From NCBI GenBank assembly GCA_963734545.1, contig CAVTHO010000003.1, positions 64,001 to 128,000 of the forward strand: a stretch of DNA of 64,000 bases. The letters run 5' to 3'. Made by a program: the position numbers and the translations under genes. Of this stretch, positions 61,455-64,000 are shown piece by piece (the stretch's first letter is position 1; each line of letters opens with the position of its first letter). This DNA comes from an uncultured Spirochaetota bacterium (GTDB lineage: Bacteria; Spirochaetota; Spirochaetia; SZUA-6; Fen-1364). The notes beneath the pieces were generated by a model. It saw only the letters and a list, made by a program, of their open reading frames with translations, did no database searches and was not told where the DNA came from.

Positions 61455-63478
61455 ATGAAAACATGGTTGACGGCAGGGCTGCGGCCGGTCCTTTCGAAAC
61501 GATATCTCACGGTTGTCCTGATCGTCGCTGCCGTGAACATGCTCTACCTGCTTGTCGTATCGTTGAACCCGCTCCTCTTGTACCTCTCCCTCGTGTTCCT
61601 CGTCCTCTACGGTGTTTCCCGCCTGTTGAGGGACCCTGCCGAGGACGCCGAAGGAGCAAAAAGGCCGGCAAGTCGAAAAGCCCTGCTCCCCCTGGCCGCG
61701 ATCCTGCTCGTCTCATTTGCCCTGCGCGCCATCGGGGCGAGCTGGGGTTTCCCCCTCTTCGGGCACCCGGATGAACCTGCCGTGACTGACCCCGCTGTGG
61801 AGATGATCGGCCGGGGGACCATTCGATCCCGGCTTTTACAGCCGTCCGAACCACATCAGCATCTACGCGAGTGAGATCCTGTACCCCGTCATCGACAAGG
61901 CGCTCCCTCACGACGGAAACCTCCCCGGCTTTGCCCGGGACATGAAGCCCTTCTATCTTGCCTCCCGCCTCGTCACGGCGTGCGGGGGTGTGCTCCTGAC
62001 TGCTGCCGCGTACCTCGTCGGAAGCATGACCGGGCCCGTTGTGGGTGTCATTGCCGCGGCGCTCTTTGCCCTGCTTCCGCCGTTCGTCGAGAATTCTCAT
62101 TACATTACTCCGGACATACCGGTGACGGCGATTCTCACGCTCGTTCTTCTCTTCTGTATCCGGTACCTCCGAGACGGCCGTGTGCGCGATCTTTTCCTTG
62201 CCCTTGTCTTTTCATGCGTCGCAATCGCCGAGAAGTACCCGGCATTCCTTACTCTCCCTCTTCTCCTGGCGATCGTGGTTTTCCGCGCGCGTGAGGGAAG
62301 CTCCGCGGTGTTCTCAGCCGGGGGGAATGCGCCGCTTCGAGACCGGAAGGCCGTCATTGCCATGCTTGTGATCGCGGGGGCGCTCATCGCAGTGGGTGCG
62401 TATGTGTATCGACACCCCGACTTCTCCCCGGCGTTTCAAGGAATACTTGAGCTCGGCTCTGCACAGGCCGGTCCCGGCCAACTTCGTGGCGCGGGTCCTC
62501 ACGATTGCGAAGCTGGTCGTGGCGGGCGGACTGCTCCTCGGCGCGTTGGCTGTTTTCCTCCGGTTCCTCAGGGGCGAGAAGTATCGGCTCTCATTGTTCG
62601 TCCTCGTCGGGATGCCCCTCGTCCTGTTTCTCATCACGCCGTACCTCTTCATCAATTTCAGCGGTGCCTTGTCGGCCATCAGCCGCGAGTCGAAAAGCGC
62701 GCACCTGGGAGCGGACAACCTTGGATACCTTGGAAACCTCTTCTTCTACGCAAGGGTCTATCTCGATGCGGCCGGAATCGTCTCCCTTCTTTTCCTGGCG
62801 ATAGGGATTGCCTGTATCTTCCGGGAAAGGTCCCTTCTTCCCCTCCTTTTCAGCTTTTTCTACTGGGTGTGCCTGTCGGCGCTGGGTCTTCACTGGCCGC
62901 GATGGGCACTGCCGATGTTCGTGGGTCCCCTCCTTCTCGTGTCTCTCGGGCTGCACCGCGCGTACCTGCTGCTGCGGGAGAAGATCGGCCGCGGCGGCGC
63001 TCTTGCGGTGCTGGGTGTGCTCTGCGCGGTTCCTGCGGCGAGCCTGGTTCTCACGAGCGTCACCACGACGTATCAGCTTGCACGGGAAGATACGCGGGCA
63101 GTCTCGCTGCGCTGGTGCAACGATCATGGCCTGACCGCGCAGAATACGGTGTATGACGGGTATACGCCCTTCAGGGCAAGCGGCGCACAGACCGTTGACT
63201 ATCCTGGATCCGCGGACAAGGAGTATGTCGTTGTTTCTTCGGAGATATACGACCGGTATCTGTCCGAGAAGACGCGCTACAAGGCACAGGCGGACATGTA
63301 CGCGCGCATCTTTGCGCTGCCGCTCCTGGCTTCCTTCACGCCGGTGACAGCCGGGGTTTCCACGTCCTTCGAGCTGGGCAATATACCGGCGCAGTGGGAT
63401 CTGCTGAAGAAGCTCGGCGGCAGCAACGGCCCTGCGTACGGGGGTCCGACGATCCTGATCTATCGAAAATCGCCTTGA
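61455..63478 (+). CDS. ArnT/GT39-like membrane glycosyltransferase (frameshifted)
   Basis: HPDE, SHYITPD, KYP, many TM segments across three frames. Confidence 0.75.
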
Positions 63479-63903
63479 TGTCCGTCGGAAGCCGTGAAGC
63501 CGCTCTTTCTTTCGGGCCTGAACGAAATGAGCTTGTTGCCCGCGAAGTTCAGGCCGGTATAGACGACCATGGCAAGCACCTGCGCCAGCAGTTTCGGCGT
63601 GTGGAGCTTCTCCACCATGAGCGCGAGAGCGCCGGACTGAACGAGGTAGCAGACGGCAAACACAACGAGAAAGGACGCGCCCTCCTTCAGCAGGGGACGG
63701 CTGCTCTTGAACGTCCAGAGCTTGTTCCAGATGAAACTGTTGACGAGCCCCAGCGCATAGCCGCACACGTTTGAAAGAAGATAGTTGAGCCCCGCGACCT
63801 CCATGAGGATGAAAATGGTGGCGAGCGTGACCAGGGTGTTCATGATGCCGACCAGCCCGAATCTCACGAGCTGTCCGGAGGCTGCGTACCAGCCCGGCTT
63901 CAT
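63460..63903 (-). CDS. GtrA family flippase-like protein
   Basis: RFGLVG..NT, SFIWNKLWTF, NF..NK. Confidence 0.88.
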   Translation of the reverse strand: MKPGWYAASGQLVRFGLVGIMNTLVTLATIFILMEVAGLNYLLSNVCGYALGLVNSFIWNKLWTFKSSRPLLKEGASFLVVFAVCYLVQSGALALMVEKLHTPKLLAQVLAMVVYTGLNFAGNKLISFRPERKSGFTASDGHQGDFR

Positions 63904-64000
63904 GTCCCCGGGTCCTCCGGGGCATTGATGCTTTCCTGAATTATGTATTGCGGCCGCTTCTTGACCTCGTCAAAGACGATTGCAAGATAGGAGCCCAGGA
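63900..64000 (-). CDS. GtrB-like GT2 glycosyltransferase, C-terminus (partial)
   Basis: LGSYLAIVFDEVKKRPQYII; stop overlaps GtrA start. Confidence 0.75.
   Translation of the reverse strand, partial: LGSYLAIVFDEVKKRPQYIIQESINAPEDPGT

Overview
GC-rich chromosomal segment of a spirochaete (Spirochaetia-type FlaB flagellin, dksA next to infA, TatT/TatP-type TRAP transporter). Many conserved genes (purC, clpP, argR, htrA, E1 alpha/beta, aldolase, metal ABC) carry isolated frameshifts, most likely long-read indel errors. Core content: dksA, infA, argJ, purC, clpP, mtnP, era, nth, argR, tRNA-Pro, tRNA-Arg, a Zur-type metal ABC operon, htrA, slyD, flaB, a sugar-catabolic cluster and a glycosylation locus. 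Highlights: (1) an operon of peptide-binding protein, a 31-aa Cys-Cys peptide ORF missed by the ORF track, a 92-aa radical-SAM/SPASM-like remnant and a hybrid histidine kinase, a candidate modified-peptide signalling system; (2) two tandem integrase-less islets at tRNA-Pro, with a different anticodon in the distal remnant; (3) a shared TGCAAC-N4-GTTGC palindrome plus sigma54 promoter in front of an HpnR-like methylase/TPAT operon and an outer-membrane beta-barrel gene; (4) an nhaA-I-like (Li+/Na+) riboswitch before a small membrane protein and an antiporter; (5) an orphan ~94-nt sRNA with consensus promoter and terminator; (6) a dispersed, covarying REP-like hairpin family. All calls are by eye from the sequence; no database searches were run.
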